64,000 bases of DNA, taken from the NCBI GenBank assembly GCA_013289795.1, contig JABCZH010000001.1, positions 401,768-465,767 of the forward strand, read 5' to 3'. The notes under the pieces are model-generated. The model was given only the letters and a program-made list of their open reading frames with translations. It was not told the origin of the DNA and made no database searches. The position numbers and the translations under genes are program-made. Each line of letters starts with the position of its first letter. Position 1 is the stretch's first letter. This stretch comes from Acidobacteriota bacterium (GTDB taxonomy: Bacteria > Acidobacteriota > Terriglobia > Terriglobales > Acidobacteriaceae). Shown here piece by piece: positions 1 through 10,973 of this stretch.

Positions 1-74
1 GAAGGCAGGACGGCCGGGTCTGCACATTCCTGCACATACGCTGCAGGGCACTGTTCTCTTTATGTCTTAGTTGC

Positions 75-818
75 TTACGAATTTCCCGCCACGGTGCGCA
101 GTTTGCCAGGCAGGAAATGATACGGAGGCCAGGGTCCGCTGACCGACAACTCACAATTCTTAAGTTGCTTGGCGGCGGTGCTGTAGCGGTTCTGGTACTT
201 CTCCACCGACTTGGAATCAATCAGGTGGGCAATGTCGATCAGCATTCCGTTAGTGTTTACTCTCTTACAACTAATTTCTTCTTCCAGCGGGTTAAACATC
301 TTGTGCACCTGTACCGACAGGGCTCGCGCCTTGGTCTGGCGCTCACGGTCCTTAGAGGCCTTTTCCCGCAGCCTTAACAGATACTCGCCGCCAACCGATT
401 GCGGCAATGGCAACTCCGCCAGCGCATCCCGCAGGGAGCCGTCCCGCACCAACAACTTCAGGTGCATTTCCGATTTACCGCGCAACCTCTCGACGCTCAG
501 CCCGAAAGCTCGCCGATTCGCGCGCACCGCCTGCCTCAGCGCCTCGTCGGTGTCAAAGATGGTGCCAAAACGGAACGGAAGCACCGTCCCGGTGCGGAAA
601 CACACGCTCACCACATGTGCATGCTCCAGCACTGCTTTATCTTCAATTTTTTGGGTAGCGCGGTCGTATTCGCTCACCACCACGGCAAAATCGCCGCTCG
701 GATAGCTCAAAACCGGGGCTGCGTTCACTCCTTGAATGCCTTCCAACAGGAAGGGGCGCCGCGCGCGTGTTCCGTTGAGGGATTCTTGCTCGGTGAGGCA
801 ATATGCGTACCACGCCAT
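75..818 (-). CDS. Gas vesicle GvpL/GvpF-family protein
   Basis: 247 aa ORF. N-terminal WYAYCL...GVNAAPVL...AVVVSEYD pattern and the internal TVLPFRFGTIF motif resemble GvpF/GvpL (aromatic-rich N-terminus, PMRFGT-like motif). No other gvp genes visible, but the window edge is immediately downstream. Confidence 0.6.
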   Translation of the reverse strand: MAWYAYCLTEQESLNGTRARRPFLLEGIQGVNAAPVLSYPSGDFAVVVSEYDRATQKIEDKAVLEHAHVVSVCFRTGTVLPFRFGTIFDTDEALRQAVRANRRAFGLSVERLRGKSEMHLKLLVRDGSLRDALAELPLPQSVGGEYLLRLREKASKDRERQTKARALSVQVHKMFNPLEEEISCKRVNTNGMLIDIAHLIDSKSVEKYQNRYSTAAKQLKNCELSVSGPWPPYHFLPGKLRTVAGNS

Positions 819-1125
819 ATAGGGTCTCCGTACCTAGTCCAAGGCATAAACCTCCACCCAGGACGAGACAGTTAGTTACGGCTAATGAACCTTTGGAAGA
901 AAGGGCGGTACCACGACTGGGTCGAACGCTTACTACCACGTCCGGGTAACATGTTACTTCTAAAGCGGCGACAATTGCAACACTTTTGTAACAATTTGTA
1001 AGAGGAAGGCTGCGATCGGTAGCGAAGACGCGGATTCCCACCCTCCGGGGTTCGCGGAACCTGTTGTGTAGCGTTGACTTGCGCTCATCCTGTCCGTAAC
1101 ATGCCAGCCGAGAGGTTACCTGCCT

Positions 1126-3507
1126 TTGATCGGCCAAACCATCTCGCATTACCGCATCATCGCGAAGGTGGGCGGGGGCGGAATGGGCGTGGTCTACAAG
1201 GCTGAGGATATAAAACTCGGCCGCTTTGTCGCCTTGAAGTTCCTGCCCGACGAACTCGCCAACCACCCGCAAGCGCTCAACCGTTTTCAACGTGAGGCCA
1301 AAGCCGCGTCCTCCCTGAACCATCCGAACATTTGCACGATTTACGAGATCGACGAAGCCGACGGGCGAGCCTTCATATCCATGGAACTACTGGAAGGGCA
1401 GACACTCGGACACATGATCCATGGGAAGCCGCTGGGAACCGAGAAGGTGCTCGAACTCGGCATCCAGATCGCCGATGCACTCGACGCCGCACATGCCAAA
1501 GGAATCATTCACCGGGATCTCAAACCTGCGAACCTATTCGTGACCACTCGCGGGCAGGCGAAGGTTCTCGATTTCGGCCTCGCCAAGGTCCGCTCTAAGC
1601 CGGACAGCGTTGCCCCGGGCGCCCCCACTGTAGACTCGGAGGACGGTCTCACCAGCCCTGGCAGTACGCTTGGCACCGTCTCTTATATGTCGCCGGAGCA
1701 AGTGCGGGGACAGGAACTCGATGCCCGTACCGATCTGTTTTCCTTCGGAGTAGTCCTCTATGAGATGACGACTGGGCTACTCCCGTTTCGGGGCGATACC
1801 TCAGGGGTGATCTTCGAATCGATTCTCAATCGAGCACCGGCCCCGGCCATCAGGTCGAATCCCGAGGTGCCGCCTCAGTTGGAAGCGATCATCAACAAGG
1901 CCCTGGAGAAAGATCGTGACGTCCGCTGCCAGTCCGCCGCCGAGATGAGGGCTGATCTCAAACGCCTGAGGCGCAACACGGCTTCTAGCGGAGTGCCAGC
2001 TCTGGGATCGACTCCGCACCCGAAAGCACTGAGGAAGCGTGCGCTGTTCGCCGTGGGCACGCTCGCCTTGCTGGCCCTGCTGGTGATAGGGATTTATCTG
2101 CGATCTCACAGAGCAGGTGGAGCCATCGACTCCATTGCAGTCCTGCCGTTCACCAATGTGGGAGCCGACCCGAACACGGAATATCTGAGCGATGGAATCA
2201 CCGAAAGCCTCATTGACAACCTTTCGCAACTGCCCCGTCTCACCGTAATGTCGCGCAATTCGGTTCTCCAGTATCGAGGGAAGGAAATCGACGCGCAAAC
2301 CGCCGGCCATGCGCTCAGAGTGCAAGCTGTCCTGGCTGGCCGGGTAGTCCAGCGGGGCAACGATCTCTCAATCGACGCTGAGTTGGTGAACGTCGAGAAC
2401 GACAGCCATATCTGGGGTGCAACGTACAACCGAAGGCTCGCTGACCTGCTTGCGATCCAACAGGAAATCACGCGAGATATCTCCGACGAACTCCGCCGCA
2501 AGCTGAGCGGGGAAGATGAGAAGCAGCTCGCCAAACGCCTGACGACCAACCCCGAGGCTTACCAGCTGTATCTCAAGGGACGCTACTTTGCGGAGAAGCT
2601 CACCAAAGAGGGGGTGGACAAGGGAATTCAATACTTCCACCAGGCCATCGACATCGATCCCAATTATGCCTTGGCCTACGAAGGACTGTCCTATGCCTAC
2701 TACAACAGCGATGATTTCTTCATGACACCGCAGGAATCGATGCCTAAGGCGAGGGAGGCGGCAAAAAAGGCATTGGAACTGGATGACACGCTTGCGGAAG
2801 CTCACACTGATATGGGAACAATTCATTTCTGGTATGACTATGATTGGGACGCTGCGGAACGGGAATTCAAGCGGGCCATCGAGCTCAAACCCAACTCTGC
2901 GGATGCCCATGTGTGGTACGGCTGGGAATTGGTTTCCGTGGGGCGGGTTGCCGAAGGCATCGCAGAGAGTAAACGAGGCGTGGCGCTCGATCCGCTTTCC
3001 GTCGAGGTCAATGGATTAGCAGGTCAGAACTTGTACTATGCCCGTCAATATGATCAGGCAATCGAGCAACTCCGTAAGACCCTCGACATGGATCCGGATT
3101 TCTGGCTCGCGCGCATGCTTTTGGGATTGGCCTATGAAGCCAAGGGAGACTTTGCCCGTGCGGGCGCAGAGTGTGAGAAAGCCCGCGCAACCGAAGCCAC
3201 AGTACCTTGGCCTCTCGCTGAACTCGGCCACGCCTACGCGCTCGCGGGCCGCAAAGACGATGCCGAAAATGCCCTTAAGGAGCTTGAAGCCTGGTCAAAA
3301 CTTAGCTATGTCCCCGCATACAACTTCGCCGAGCTGTATATCGGTCTGGGCGAAAAAGAGCAAGCTCTTGCCATGCTTGAAAAGGCGCATGCGGATCGAT
3401 CCATGCTCCTGACGTTCCTTATGGACGACCACGAATTCGAAAGCCTGCACTCGGCACCCCGATTTATGGATGTGGCTCGACACATCGGTCTTTCTCAGCA
3501 ATTTTGA
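1126..3507 (+). CDS. Serine/threonine protein kinase with TM segment, TolB_N-like region and C-terminal TPR repeats
   Basis: 793 aa; TTG start. Glycine loop [17 protein letters not shown] lysine, HRDLKPAN catalytic loop, DFGLA, SPEQ activation segment. Hydrophobic TM around residue 300, then TPR-like repeats to the C-terminus. Typical Acidobacteria STK architecture. Confidence 0.9.
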   Translation: MIGQTISHYRIIAKVGGGGMGVVYKAEDIKLGRFVALKFLPDELANHPQALNRFQREAKAASSLNHPNICTIYEIDEADGRAFISMELLEGQTLGHMIHGKPLGTEKVLELGIQIADALDAAHAKGIIHRDLKPANLFVTTRGQAKVLDFGLAKVRSKPDSVAPGAPTVDSEDGLTSPGSTLGTVSYMSPEQVRGQELDARTDLFSFGVVLYEMTTGLLPFRGDTSGVIFESILNRAPAPAIRSNPEVPPQLEAIINKALEKDRDVRCQSAAEMRADLKRLRRNTASSGVPALGSTPHPKALRKRALFAVGTLALLALLVIGIYLRSHRAGGAIDSIAVLPFTNVGADPNTEYLSDGITESLIDNLSQLPRLTVMSRNSVLQYRGKEIDAQTAGHALRVQAVLAGRVVQRGNDLSIDAELVNVENDSHIWGATYNRRLADLLAIQQEITRDISDELRRKLSGEDEKQLAKRLTTNPEAYQLYLKGRYFAEKLTKEGVDKGIQYFHQAIDIDPNYALAYEGLSYAYYNSDDFFMTPQESMPKAREAAKKALELDDTLAEAHTDMGTIHFWYDYDWDAAEREFKRAIELKPNSADAHVWYGWELVSVGRVAEGIAESKRGVALDPLSVEVNGLAGQNLYYARQYDQAIEQLRKTLDMDPDFWLARMLLGLAYEAKGDFARAGAECEKARATEATVPWPLAELGHAYALAGRKDDAENALKELEAWSKLSYVPAYNFAELYIGLGEKEQALAMLEKAHADRSMLLTFLMDDHEFESLHSAPRFMDVARHIGLSQQF

Positions 3508-3587
3508 GAAAGCTGCGGCGGCACAGCAAAGCTCATGCCGCAGGCCGGGGCGAGAGAACAGTTAACCTGCAAGATCGGGACGCATAA

Positions 3588-5162
3588 CTATTTCTTCTTT
3601 AATCCGTCGTCGGCGTCTTTGGCGGCGGCACGCTCTTCGATCACCCGGTTCACCACCCGCAGCATCTCATCCAACGGGGCCGGTTTTCCGGTCCAGATTT
3701 CGAACTGCCGCGCAGCTTGTTGCACGAACATCTCGATGCCCGGGATCACTTCCGCTCCGGCTGCCTTCGCCATTTTCATTAAGCGCGTCTCCGGCGGATC
3801 GTACACCATATCGAAAACGTAACGCGTCCTAATCTCATTTTCATTGAGGGGAGATTCGCGGGTGTTGCCCATGCCCACCGAGGTGGCATTGATGATCACG
3901 TCAAACGTCAACTTTTTCAGATCGGCGCGCTTAACCAACCGCGCCCGCGCCGAGCGCGCCAGCTTCTGGGCTGGGCCCAGCGTGCGATTCAGGATGTAAA
4001 CTTCCGCGCCCCGCTCTTTGAGTCCATACACTGCCGCCCGCGCTGCGCCTCCGGCGCCCAAGACCAATATCTTGGCCTGCTCAAGCGAAATCCGCTGTTG
4101 CAATGGACGTACCACTCCCGCAGCATCGGTATTGAAGCCATATAACTTCCCGTCCTGGGCGCGCACCAGCGTGTTGCACGCCCCGATCTTGGTGGTGTGG
4201 GCATCGGTGTTGTCGAGGTGCGAGACGATGGCTTCCTTATAGGGCATGGTGATGGAGAGGCCGTGAATGGGGATCTCCTTCACGCAGCCCAGCAAGTCTT
4301 TCAAAGTCTTGGCGTGCAGCGCCACGTAAACCCCGTTGACCGTCTCCCGCCGCAGCGCGGCATTCATGATCGCCGGGGACAAGGAATGCAGCACTGGGTC
4401 GCCGGCCACAGCATAGACTCGCGTTGCCGGATCAACCTGTTCGATGCGATAAGTGCTGCGTAGTTCCTGTGCTGTCACCTGCCCGGGCGCGGTCTTCTCG
4501 TCCTCACTGACTGCGGCAAAGGTGAAGGCGCTGCCCGCGCGCACGCCCAGCACCCGGCTGATGATTCCTTGCTCGCCCATGCACAAACCGATCAGGGAAT
4601 ACCGATCGCTGTTCTTCTCCAGGAACTTCATCATCACCACGTTGTCGTGCAAGGTGGTGGCCGTGGTGACAATCTTGTAGAAGTCGGCGGGCAGGGCGAC
4701 CATCTTTTCCAGGGTTTCTTCCAGCTTCTTGGTGCCTCGAAAGTCGTGGTAGGAAAGGATCAGCGCGGCCCGGGTTCGCAGCCGTTCCAGCTGTGTCCGC
4801 TTGCAATGGACAGCACTTTGCAATTCCATGTCCACCAGTTGACAACCAGCCGCGGCAGCCTTGGTCAGGATGTCCAATTGCGAAGCCACTGAGCCCCGGA
4901 ACTTGCCTCCGTTGGCCACACGCCGGCAAGTGGCTATGGTGGACACATGGGGGTGGTACTCGGTGAATTGCTTGATACGGCCGAGGGCCAGCACCGGGCG
5001 GGCCAGGTAGTCTAACCTGAACTCCAGAAAAGTGTTGTCCCGAACCAGGGCTTCAGCCTTTTCCACAATCTCGGAGGGGTCGGATCCGGTGACCGCCACG
5101 CATACCCGGGGCAAGCGCAACGGCCGAAAGCGAGCTACGAACTGATTGGGGGCTGCCGTCAT
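3588..5162 (-). CDS. Bifunctional type I 3-dehydroquinate dehydratase / shikimate 5-dehydrogenase (AroD-AroE fusion)
   Basis: 524 aa. N-terminal half is type I DHQase-like (CVAVTG...FRLDYL, SYHDF). C-terminal half is shikimate DH (SLSPAIMNAAL, ITMPYKEA, Rossmann LVLGAGGAARAAVYGL, NRT). Confidence 0.85.
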   Translation of the reverse strand: MTAAPNQFVARFRPLRLPRVCVAVTGSDPSEIVEKAEALVRDNTFLEFRLDYLARPVLALGRIKQFTEYHPHVSTIATCRRVANGGKFRGSVASQLDILTKAAAAGCQLVDMELQSAVHCKRTQLERLRTRAALILSYHDFRGTKKLEETLEKMVALPADFYKIVTTATTLHDNVVMMKFLEKNSDRYSLIGLCMGEQGIISRVLGVRAGSAFTFAAVSEDEKTAPGQVTAQELRSTYRIEQVDPATRVYAVAGDPVLHSLSPAIMNAALRRETVNGVYVALHAKTLKDLLGCVKEIPIHGLSITMPYKEAIVSHLDNTDAHTTKIGACNTLVRAQDGKLYGFNTDAAGVVRPLQQRISLEQAKILVLGAGGAARAAVYGLKERGAEVYILNRTLGPAQKLARSARARLVKRADLKKLTFDVIINATSVGMGNTRESPLNENEIRTRYVFDMVYDPPETRLMKMAKAAGAEVIPGIEMFVQQAARQFEIWTGKPAPLDEMLRVVNRVIEERAAAKDADDGLKKK

Positions 5163-5389
5163 CTTCTGTTTTGTTGAGTGGCGCGATATTACAGGCGCGT
5201 AACTCCAGATTGCAACAGGGGATTAAGGTTTTTTGCGGGAAGGAACTTTTTGACCTAACCGGGCTGGCACCAGCGTAACCTTGACCGTCCTGACCCTAGT
5301 TGCTACTGTCCGGGCTGGAAGTCTTTTATTTTTCTGTAACTTAACCGAGATGAGGCAGGACCTGAGGTGGTTCTGGCTTCGGAGGTAAC

Positions 5390-6352
5390 ATGAAGAAAAC
5401 AGGATTGTTGCTGGCCTTGTCGCTGGCTATGGGGACGGCTGTTGCGCAAACCAGCGGGGGCGCCGCAGATCAACCCACTCCCGCCGGGACGGTGTCAACC
5501 AACGTCAATTTTCCCATCGAGAGTATCGTGAATCCGAACAATACAGACCTGCAATGCGCAGGTTTCGTGAACAAGCAGCCTTTGCCCAACGCCAGTTATG
5601 TGGCTGGCGGCTTGGACACGCCTAATACGGCTCAGTATGCCAGCGGCGATCTCATCTTTCTCGCCGGCCAAGGCTATGAGCTGGGCAAGAACTACCGCAT
5701 CGTCCGCGAACTACGCGATCCCAATCGTCGCGAGGTGTTTGATGGCCAGGCTGCCATGCTCAAGGCCATGGGACAGCCCTATGCCGAATTGGCGATGGTA
5801 CGCGTGGTGGACACGCGCAGCAAGTCGGCGATTGCCCACATCGAGTTCAGTTGCAGCCCGGTGGTTCCAGGCGACATCGTAGCCCAGTATGTCGACAGGC
5901 CTGCACTGCCCCTCCATCCTCCAATGCGCTTCGACCGCTTTGCCCCGCCTAACGGCAAGGCCAGCGGTCGCATTGTGATGGCGAAGGATTTCAACGCCGA
6001 ACTGGGTACCGGGATGAAGGTCTACATGAATCTTGGTGCCAACCAGGGAGTGAAGGTCGGCGACTATTTCCGCGCCGTCCGCTCGTACGAAGCCGACCTG
6101 CACAACCCGGTGGATTCACTTTCTTTCAAAGCCTCCACCGCGGAAGACACCCAGGCCAAGCCACCTTCCATCGAGCAGACGATGTTTACCCATAGCAGCG
6201 GTCCTGTCATTCACGTGGCCGCGTTCCCGCGCCGCGCGGTGGGTGAAATCCTGGTTCTGCAGACCACCCCTACCACTTCCACCGGCATGATCGTATTCGC
6301 CATGGAAGACATGCACCTGGGCGATGGCGTAGAACTGGATCCGCAACAGTAG
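5390..6352 (+). CDS. Hypothetical secreted protein
   Basis: 320 aa with clear N-terminal signal peptide (MKKTGLLLALSLAMGTAVAQ). No recognisable catalytic motifs. Confidence 0.6.
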   Translation: MKKTGLLLALSLAMGTAVAQTSGGAADQPTPAGTVSTNVNFPIESIVNPNNTDLQCAGFVNKQPLPNASYVAGGLDTPNTAQYASGDLIFLAGQGYELGKNYRIVRELRDPNRREVFDGQAAMLKAMGQPYAELAMVRVVDTRSKSAIAHIEFSCSPVVPGDIVAQYVDRPALPLHPPMRFDRFAPPNGKASGRIVMAKDFNAELGTGMKVYMNLGANQGVKVGDYFRAVRSYEADLHNPVDSLSFKASTAEDTQAKPPSIEQTMFTHSSGPVIHVAAFPRRAVGEILVLQTTPTTSTGMIVFAMEDMHLGDGVELDPQQ

Positions 6353-6388
6353 AGTTTGTTCAGAGTTTTCTTCACCCGCTGAACGCTT

Positions 6389-6416
6389 AAGGGAGAAGCT
6401 GAAAAGCTTCTCCCTT
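6389..6416. terminator. Bidirectional intrinsic terminator hairpin between convergent genes
   Basis: AAGGGAGAAGCT-GAAA-AGCTTCTCCCTT: 12-bp perfect stem with GAAA tetraloop, followed by TTTCATTATC. Sits between the stop of 5390..6352 (+) and the stop of 6420..7046 (-). Confidence 0.5.
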
Positions 6417-6419
6417 TCA

Positions 6420-7046
6420 TTATCTTGATTCCCCATCTCCAAATACTTCCGCGGTGAACGCCTCAATGGTCGCGCCTTTCTGCCACGCATCCGGCGGCAG
6501 GCCGGCTTTGCGGCAGGCCTGCTCCAAAAACGTCACCCGGTCCCAGCCGTGTTCGATGGGCACTTGAGGAAGCAGCAGGCCACGATGCCCTTGCTGGCTA
6601 ATGAGCAGGCCGTGCCTTCCGATCACCACTTCTTCGGCGCGGATCGGTTGCAGCCCCGACAGAATGCTCAGCGAAACTTCCAGGTCCGGAGCCTCCTCGC
6701 GGGTCACCGGAGCAAACCGCGTGTCCTCGAAGGCCGCTGCTCGTGCCGTTTCGGCGATAGTCCGATAGAGTGATGCCACCGGGAACACGAATCCCACGCA
6801 GCCGTGCAACTGCCCGCGGAAATAGATTGTTGTGAAAGCCCCACGCGGCTCGGCTAAATGCGGCGAAGGAGGGTCGAGCGGGTTCTCGCGCTGTTCAAGA
6901 GCCGATTCGATCGACTCATGCGCCAGCTTTAGCAGGATGCTGCGTTCCTCTTCCGTAAATTCTGGCTGCGGGAATTCACGGCCGGGTGAATCCGTTGGCG
7001 TCAATTCGTTCTGCTTGCGAGAGGAGCTTTCAGGTGGCGGCGACAT
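6420..7046 (-). CDS. AMMECR1 domain protein
   Basis: 208 aa; RGAFTTIYFRGQLHGCVGF matches the AMMECR1 core (RGAFVTL..G.LRGCIG). Confidence 0.8.
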   Translation of the reverse strand: MSPPPESSSRKQNELTPTDSPGREFPQPEFTEEERSILLKLAHESIESALEQRENPLDPPSPHLAEPRGAFTTIYFRGQLHGCVGFVFPVASLYRTIAETARAAAFEDTRFAPVTREEAPDLEVSLSILSGLQPIRAEEVVIGRHGLLISQQGHRGLLLPQVPIEHGWDRVTFLEQACRKAGLPPDAWQKGATIEAFTAEVFGDGESR

Positions 7047-7680
7047 CGCGCTTCCTTCGTCGGCTCAGCACGAAAGCGCGGCGGCGGCTCTTCACCACCT
7101 GGCGGTCGATCTTCGACCAGAAGGCGATGAAATAATCACCGGCGGAGAGTAGCGACAGCAACACCATGAACCAGATTGCCAGCCGCGCGATCCAGTGGAC
7201 GGGAAAGATGTAAGGGCCATACACCGGCCATTCTTTCCAGCGATGGTCGAGGATCACGGCCACCACGGAGATGCTCTGCACCAGCATTTTGAACTTGCCG
7301 AGATCGCTGGCTTCAATGGTGAAGCCTTCCGAGGCTGCGATCGACCGCAGTCCGCTGACCAGAAATTCCCGGCCGATGATGACCACTGCAATCCATGCTG
7401 GAACCAGGCTGGGATTGAATTGCACGAGCGTGACAAAAGCAGCCGCAATCAGCAGTTTGTCTGCCAGCGGATCCAGCAACATTCCCATGGTGGTGATCTG
7501 TCCGCGCTTGCGGGCCAGGTAGCCATCAATACCGTCGGTAATCGACGCCGCAATAAACAATGCTGATGCCAGCAGTTCCTTTTCGCCGCCCGCGCTCTGA
7601 AAGCGGTTGGTGGAAAGAATCCAGATCAGCAGCGGGATGCTGACGATGCGGGTGAGCGTGATGGAATTGGGAAGATTCAC
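7030..7680 (-). CDS. pgsA: CDP-diacylglycerol--glycerol-3-phosphate 3-phosphatidyltransferase
   Basis: 216 aa polytopic membrane protein with CDP-alcohol phosphatidyltransferase motif DGIDGYLARKRGQITTMGMLLDPLADKLL. Overlaps the AMMECR1 gene start by 17 bp. Confidence 0.85.
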   Translation of the reverse strand: MNLPNSITLTRIVSIPLLIWILSTNRFQSAGGEKELLASALFIAASITDGIDGYLARKRGQITTMGMLLDPLADKLLIAAAFVTLVQFNPSLVPAWIAVVIIGREFLVSGLRSIAASEGFTIEASDLGKFKMLVQSISVVAVILDHRWKEWPVYGPYIFPVHWIARLAIWFMVLLSLLSAGDYFIAFWSKIDRQVVKSRRRAFVLSRRRKRDVAAT

Positions 7681-7799
7681 CGGGACGCGGAACCAATGCG
7701 TCTAGATTATCCTCCACTAGGGAGCGCGATTGCAACGCAGGAAATGAGGGCTGTCGCACCAAGGTTCACGCCAGCGCGCCGCGTGATCGGAGCCTTGTC

Positions 7800-8102
7800 T
7801 TAATCTCTCTTGGCCGCCTTATACCCGGCCTTCTTGGCGTCGTCCACGGTCATGAATTTGCCGGTCTTCGTCTTGCCATACCAGCGTCCGCCTTTATGGT
7901 AAATGCCTGTGTCTAAGTTGACCCAGACTTTGTGGCTGGCTTTGGCGGCGGCAATGTCTGAGGCTGAAGGCGCGGCGGAAGCAGGCTTCGCCGGGGTCGC
8001 AGCCGGATTCTGAGAGGGGCTGTCCTGCGCCGTCGCGGACCCGGCGGTCCACGCGCCCATCACCAGTAACAATGCCAGCGCTGCGGTACTCGCCCTACGC
8101 AT
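7800..8102 (-). CDS. Small secreted lysine-rich hypothetical protein
   Basis: 100 aa; signal peptide [26 protein letters not shown]. Overlaps the gdhA stop by 8 bp, so probably co-transcribed. Confidence 0.5.
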   Translation of the reverse strand: MRRASTAALALLLVMGAWTAGSATAQDSPSQNPAATPAKPASAAPSASDIAAAKASHKVWVNLDTGIYHKGGRWYGKTKTGKFMTVDDAKKAGYKAAKRD

Positions 8103-9375
8103 AAATCCCGCGCTGCCGGATGGTTACAGCCACCCGATCGATAGCCAGCATATAGGCTGCGATTCGATTGTTGACGTGGTGGGCCTCGGCGAATCGAACC
8201 ACATCGTTAAAGGCTTCTACCATGATGGTTTCCAGCTGTTCGTTGACGACCGATTCCTTCCAGAAATATCCCTGGCGGTCTTGCACCCACTCAAAGTAGG
8301 AAGTGGTCACGCCGCCGGCGTTGCAAAGGATATCGGGAATCACGAAAATCCCCTTGGAGGCCAGAACTTCATCGGCCGAGGCGGTGGTGGGGCCATTGGC
8401 GCCCTCTGCCAATATCTTGCACTTTACCCGCTCCGCGTTGCGGCTGGTGATCTGGTTTTCAGTAGCAGCGGGAATCAGGATGTCGCATTCGGTGACCAGA
8501 AGCTCCGCCGGGTCCACTTTGTCGGCTCCTGGGAATCCAGTGATGGTTCGGTTCTTTTGCCGGTGTTCGCCGAGCGCCTTCACGTCAATCCCGTTCTTGT
8601 TGTACAGGCCGCCATCCACTTCGAGGATGCCGATAATCTTGTAGCCTGCTTCCGCCATCAGCAGTGCTGCATTCGAACCCACGTTGCCAAATCCTTGCAC
8701 GATCACCCGCGTGGCCTCTTTCTTCAGTCCCAGCTTCTTGATGGCTTCATCGCAGACGATCATGATGCCGCGGCCGGTGGCTTCGCGGCGGCCGCGCGAT
8801 CCGCCCATGTTGATGGGCTTGCCGGTCACCACCGCCGTGACCGTCTGCCGCATGTGCATGGAGTAGGTGTCCATCATCCAGGCCATGGTTTGCTCGTTGG
8901 TGTTGACGTCGGGCGCGGGAACATCTTTCTCCGGACCGATGAACTCGAACAACTCCGCGGTGTAGCGCCGGGTCATGCGCTCCAATTCCGACTGGGACAT
9001 CTTGTGGGGATCGCAAATGATGCCGCCCTTCGCCCCGCCAAACGGAATATTGACCACCGCGCACTTCCATGTCATCCAACTGGCGAGGGCGCGGACTTCG
9101 TCGAGTGTAACGTCTGGCGCATAGCGGACGCCGCCCTTGGCCGGGCCCCGCGCAATCGAGTGCTGCACCCGGAATCCCGTGAATACCTCAAGGCGGCCGT
9201 TATCCATGGCCACCGGGATGTGTACAATGAGTTCGCGATTGGGATACCGCAGGACTTTCCAAATTCCTTCATCCAGATTGAGCTTCTGCGCGGCCAGATC
9301 GAAGCGCGCCGACTGCGCCTCCATGGGGTTAAATTCACGTTCGAGGGCGGCGGTTTCCAAAGTGGTGGCGGTCAT
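8095..9375 (-). CDS. gdhA: NAD(P)-specific glutamate dehydrogenase
   Basis: 426 aa with Glu/Leu/Phe/Val dehydrogenase signature [11 protein letters not shown] and C-terminal Rossmann fold ([11 protein letters not shown]). Confidence 0.9.
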   Translation of the reverse strand: MTATTLETAALEREFNPMEAQSARFDLAAQKLNLDEGIWKVLRYPNRELIVHIPVAMDNGRLEVFTGFRVQHSIARGPAKGGVRYAPDVTLDEVRALASWMTWKCAVVNIPFGGAKGGIICDPHKMSQSELERMTRRYTAELFEFIGPEKDVPAPDVNTNEQTMAWMMDTYSMHMRQTVTAVVTGKPINMGGSRGRREATGRGIMIVCDEAIKKLGLKKEATRVIVQGFGNVGSNAALLMAEAGYKIIGILEVDGGLYNKNGIDVKALGEHRQKNRTITGFPGADKVDPAELLVTECDILIPAATENQITSRNAERVKCKILAEGANGPTTASADEVLASKGIFVIPDILCNAGGVTTSYFEWVQDRQGYFWKESVVNEQLETIMVEAFNDVVRFAEAHHVNNRIAAYMLAIDRVAVTIRQRGIYA

Positions 9376-9417
9376 GGCGTCTCCGATTGCTGCATTCCGG
9401 TGCTGGGCTGGCCGGCT

Positions 9418-9434
9418 CCGGACAATTGTCCCGG
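9418..9434. promoter_or_regulatory. Near-perfect palindrome CCGGACAATTGTCCCGG about 45 bp upstream of the gdhA start
   Basis: 12-bp perfect inverted repeat GGACAATTGTCC (9420..9431) in the gdhA 5' region. Candidate operator. Confidence 0.3.
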
Positions 9435-9521
9435 ATTTGTGCGGATAGCCTCAAAAGTATAAGCAGGCAGGGGCGGCGAGGCAAGTAACAGGCGCGGGCC
9501 CCAGACCGTGCAAGCTGAAAC

Positions 9522-10889
9522 TCAACTCTTACCCTCCACCCTTGCCCGCACCGTCCCCTTCGCCAGCTTCGCCGAAATCTCATCCCCCGCCTTCACCTTC
9601 CGCGCATCCTTCAGCAGCTTCCCCGACGCATCAAACACCAGCGCATATCCCCGCTCCAAAATCGCCACTGGCGAAAGCGCCTGCAAAGCTGTCTCTATGC
9701 GTTCGATTCGAACTCTCCGCTCCAGCACGAAATTGCGAAACGCCGCCACCAACCCGGTGTGATGCGCCGCCAGATCTTTCCTCATCCCTGACAGCACTCG
9801 CCGCACGTCATAGTGGCGCACTGTCGCCGACAAGCCCTCAAACCGTCGCCGTTGTTTTTCAATGATCCCACGCTGCGCCTGCCCCAGCCGGTGCCCGAGT
9901 TCGTCCAGCCGCTGCTGCCGCCGGTGAATCAAGTCCATGATGCGGCCAAACGCCCCGTGCTGCGCCAGTTCCGTCAGATTCTTCCGCACCATCAGCAACT
10001 GGTAGCGCACCGCCGTCTCCAGCCGCCGCTCAAGGCCTTCCATCTGCTCTGCAATTTCCTGCCGCGAACGAATCACCAGTTCCGCCGCCGCCGAAGGCGT
10101 GGCCGCCCGTAGATCCGCCACAAAATCAATGATGGTGAAATCCGTCTCGTGCCCAATCGCCGAAATCACCGGAATCTCCGACGCCGCAATCGCCCGTGCC
10201 AGACCCTCATGATTGAACGCTGCCAAATCTTCCGCCGACCCTCCGCCGCGAGCCACGATAATGACATCCACCGAGCGCGTCTTATTGAAGTGCCGGACTC
10301 CCGCCATGACCTCAAGCGCCGCCCCATCCCCCTGCACCTGTGCCGGATATATAAGGACGTTCACGCCGTGGTGCCGCCTGCGCAGAATATTAAGGATGTC
10401 ACGCAACGCCGCCGCCTGTGGCGAGGTCACGATCCCGATCCGTTGCGGCAGCGTGGGAATCGGCTTCCTGCGACTCGCGTCGAACAATCCCTCAGCTTCC
10501 AGCTTGGCCTTGAGTTGCTCGAACGCGACCTGCAGCGCGCCTGCGCCTTTTGGCTCCAGGTACTCCGCCGAAATCTGTAACTCGCCCCGATCTTCGTAAA
10601 CCGTCACCCGCCCGCGCGCAACCACCACCATCCCGTTCTCAGGCCGAAAGCGTAAGAGCTTCGCCGAGGAGCGGAACATCACCACACGCATCTGCGCGCT
10701 CGCGTCTTTCAGGGTGAAATAGAGGTGTCCCGACTCATGGGCCTTGAAGTTCGAAATCTCGCCTTCCACCCAGATGTCGCCGTACTCGCGTTCGACATTA
10801 GTACGTACTGCGGCGACCAGGTCGCGTACCGTCCAGGTTCGGCGTGCTGTGGGGATAAACATGAAGCCGAGTTGGTCGGAGGCAGACAC
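9522..10889 (-). CDS. xseA: Exodeoxyribonuclease VII large subunit
   Basis: 455 aa with N-terminal OB-fold region (VEGEISNF) and central XseA catalytic region (GIVTSPQAAALRDI, VIIVARGGGSAEDL). Confidence 0.85.
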   Translation of the reverse strand: MSASDQLGFMFIPTARRTWTVRDLVAAVRTNVEREYGDIWVEGEISNFKAHESGHLYFTLKDASAQMRVVMFRSSAKLLRFRPENGMVVVARGRVTVYEDRGELQISAEYLEPKGAGALQVAFEQLKAKLEAEGLFDASRRKPIPTLPQRIGIVTSPQAAALRDILNILRRRHHGVNVLIYPAQVQGDGAALEVMAGVRHFNKTRSVDVIIVARGGGSAEDLAAFNHEGLARAIAASEIPVISAIGHETDFTIIDFVADLRAATPSAAAELVIRSRQEIAEQMEGLERRLETAVRYQLLMVRKNLTELAQHGAFGRIMDLIHRRQQRLDELGHRLGQAQRGIIEKQRRRFEGLSATVRHYDVRRVLSGMRKDLAAHHTGLVAAFRNFVLERRVRIERIETALQALSPVAILERGYALVFDASGKLLKDARKVKAGDEISAKLAKGTVRARVEGKS

Positions 10890-10973
10890 TCAGGTAAAGT
10901 TTACCGTAGGGCAGCTTATCGCCGGAAACCGATCAGCCTTTGTCTTTTGTGCCGGGTCATGTAGAGTTTCCGC

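Noticed and set aside
8176-9462. 428-aa plus-strand ORF (and many similar 60-190 aa ORFs inside other genes, e.g. 1801..2325, 20106..20672, 25426..26073, 28258..29643, 34518..35369, 35347..35892)
   Set aside because: Antisense or alternative frames inside well-supported high-GC genes (gdhA, the kinase, the phosphoesterase, etc.). Long spurious ORFs are expected at this G+C. Translations are low-complexity Arg/Gly/Pro-rich with no motifs.
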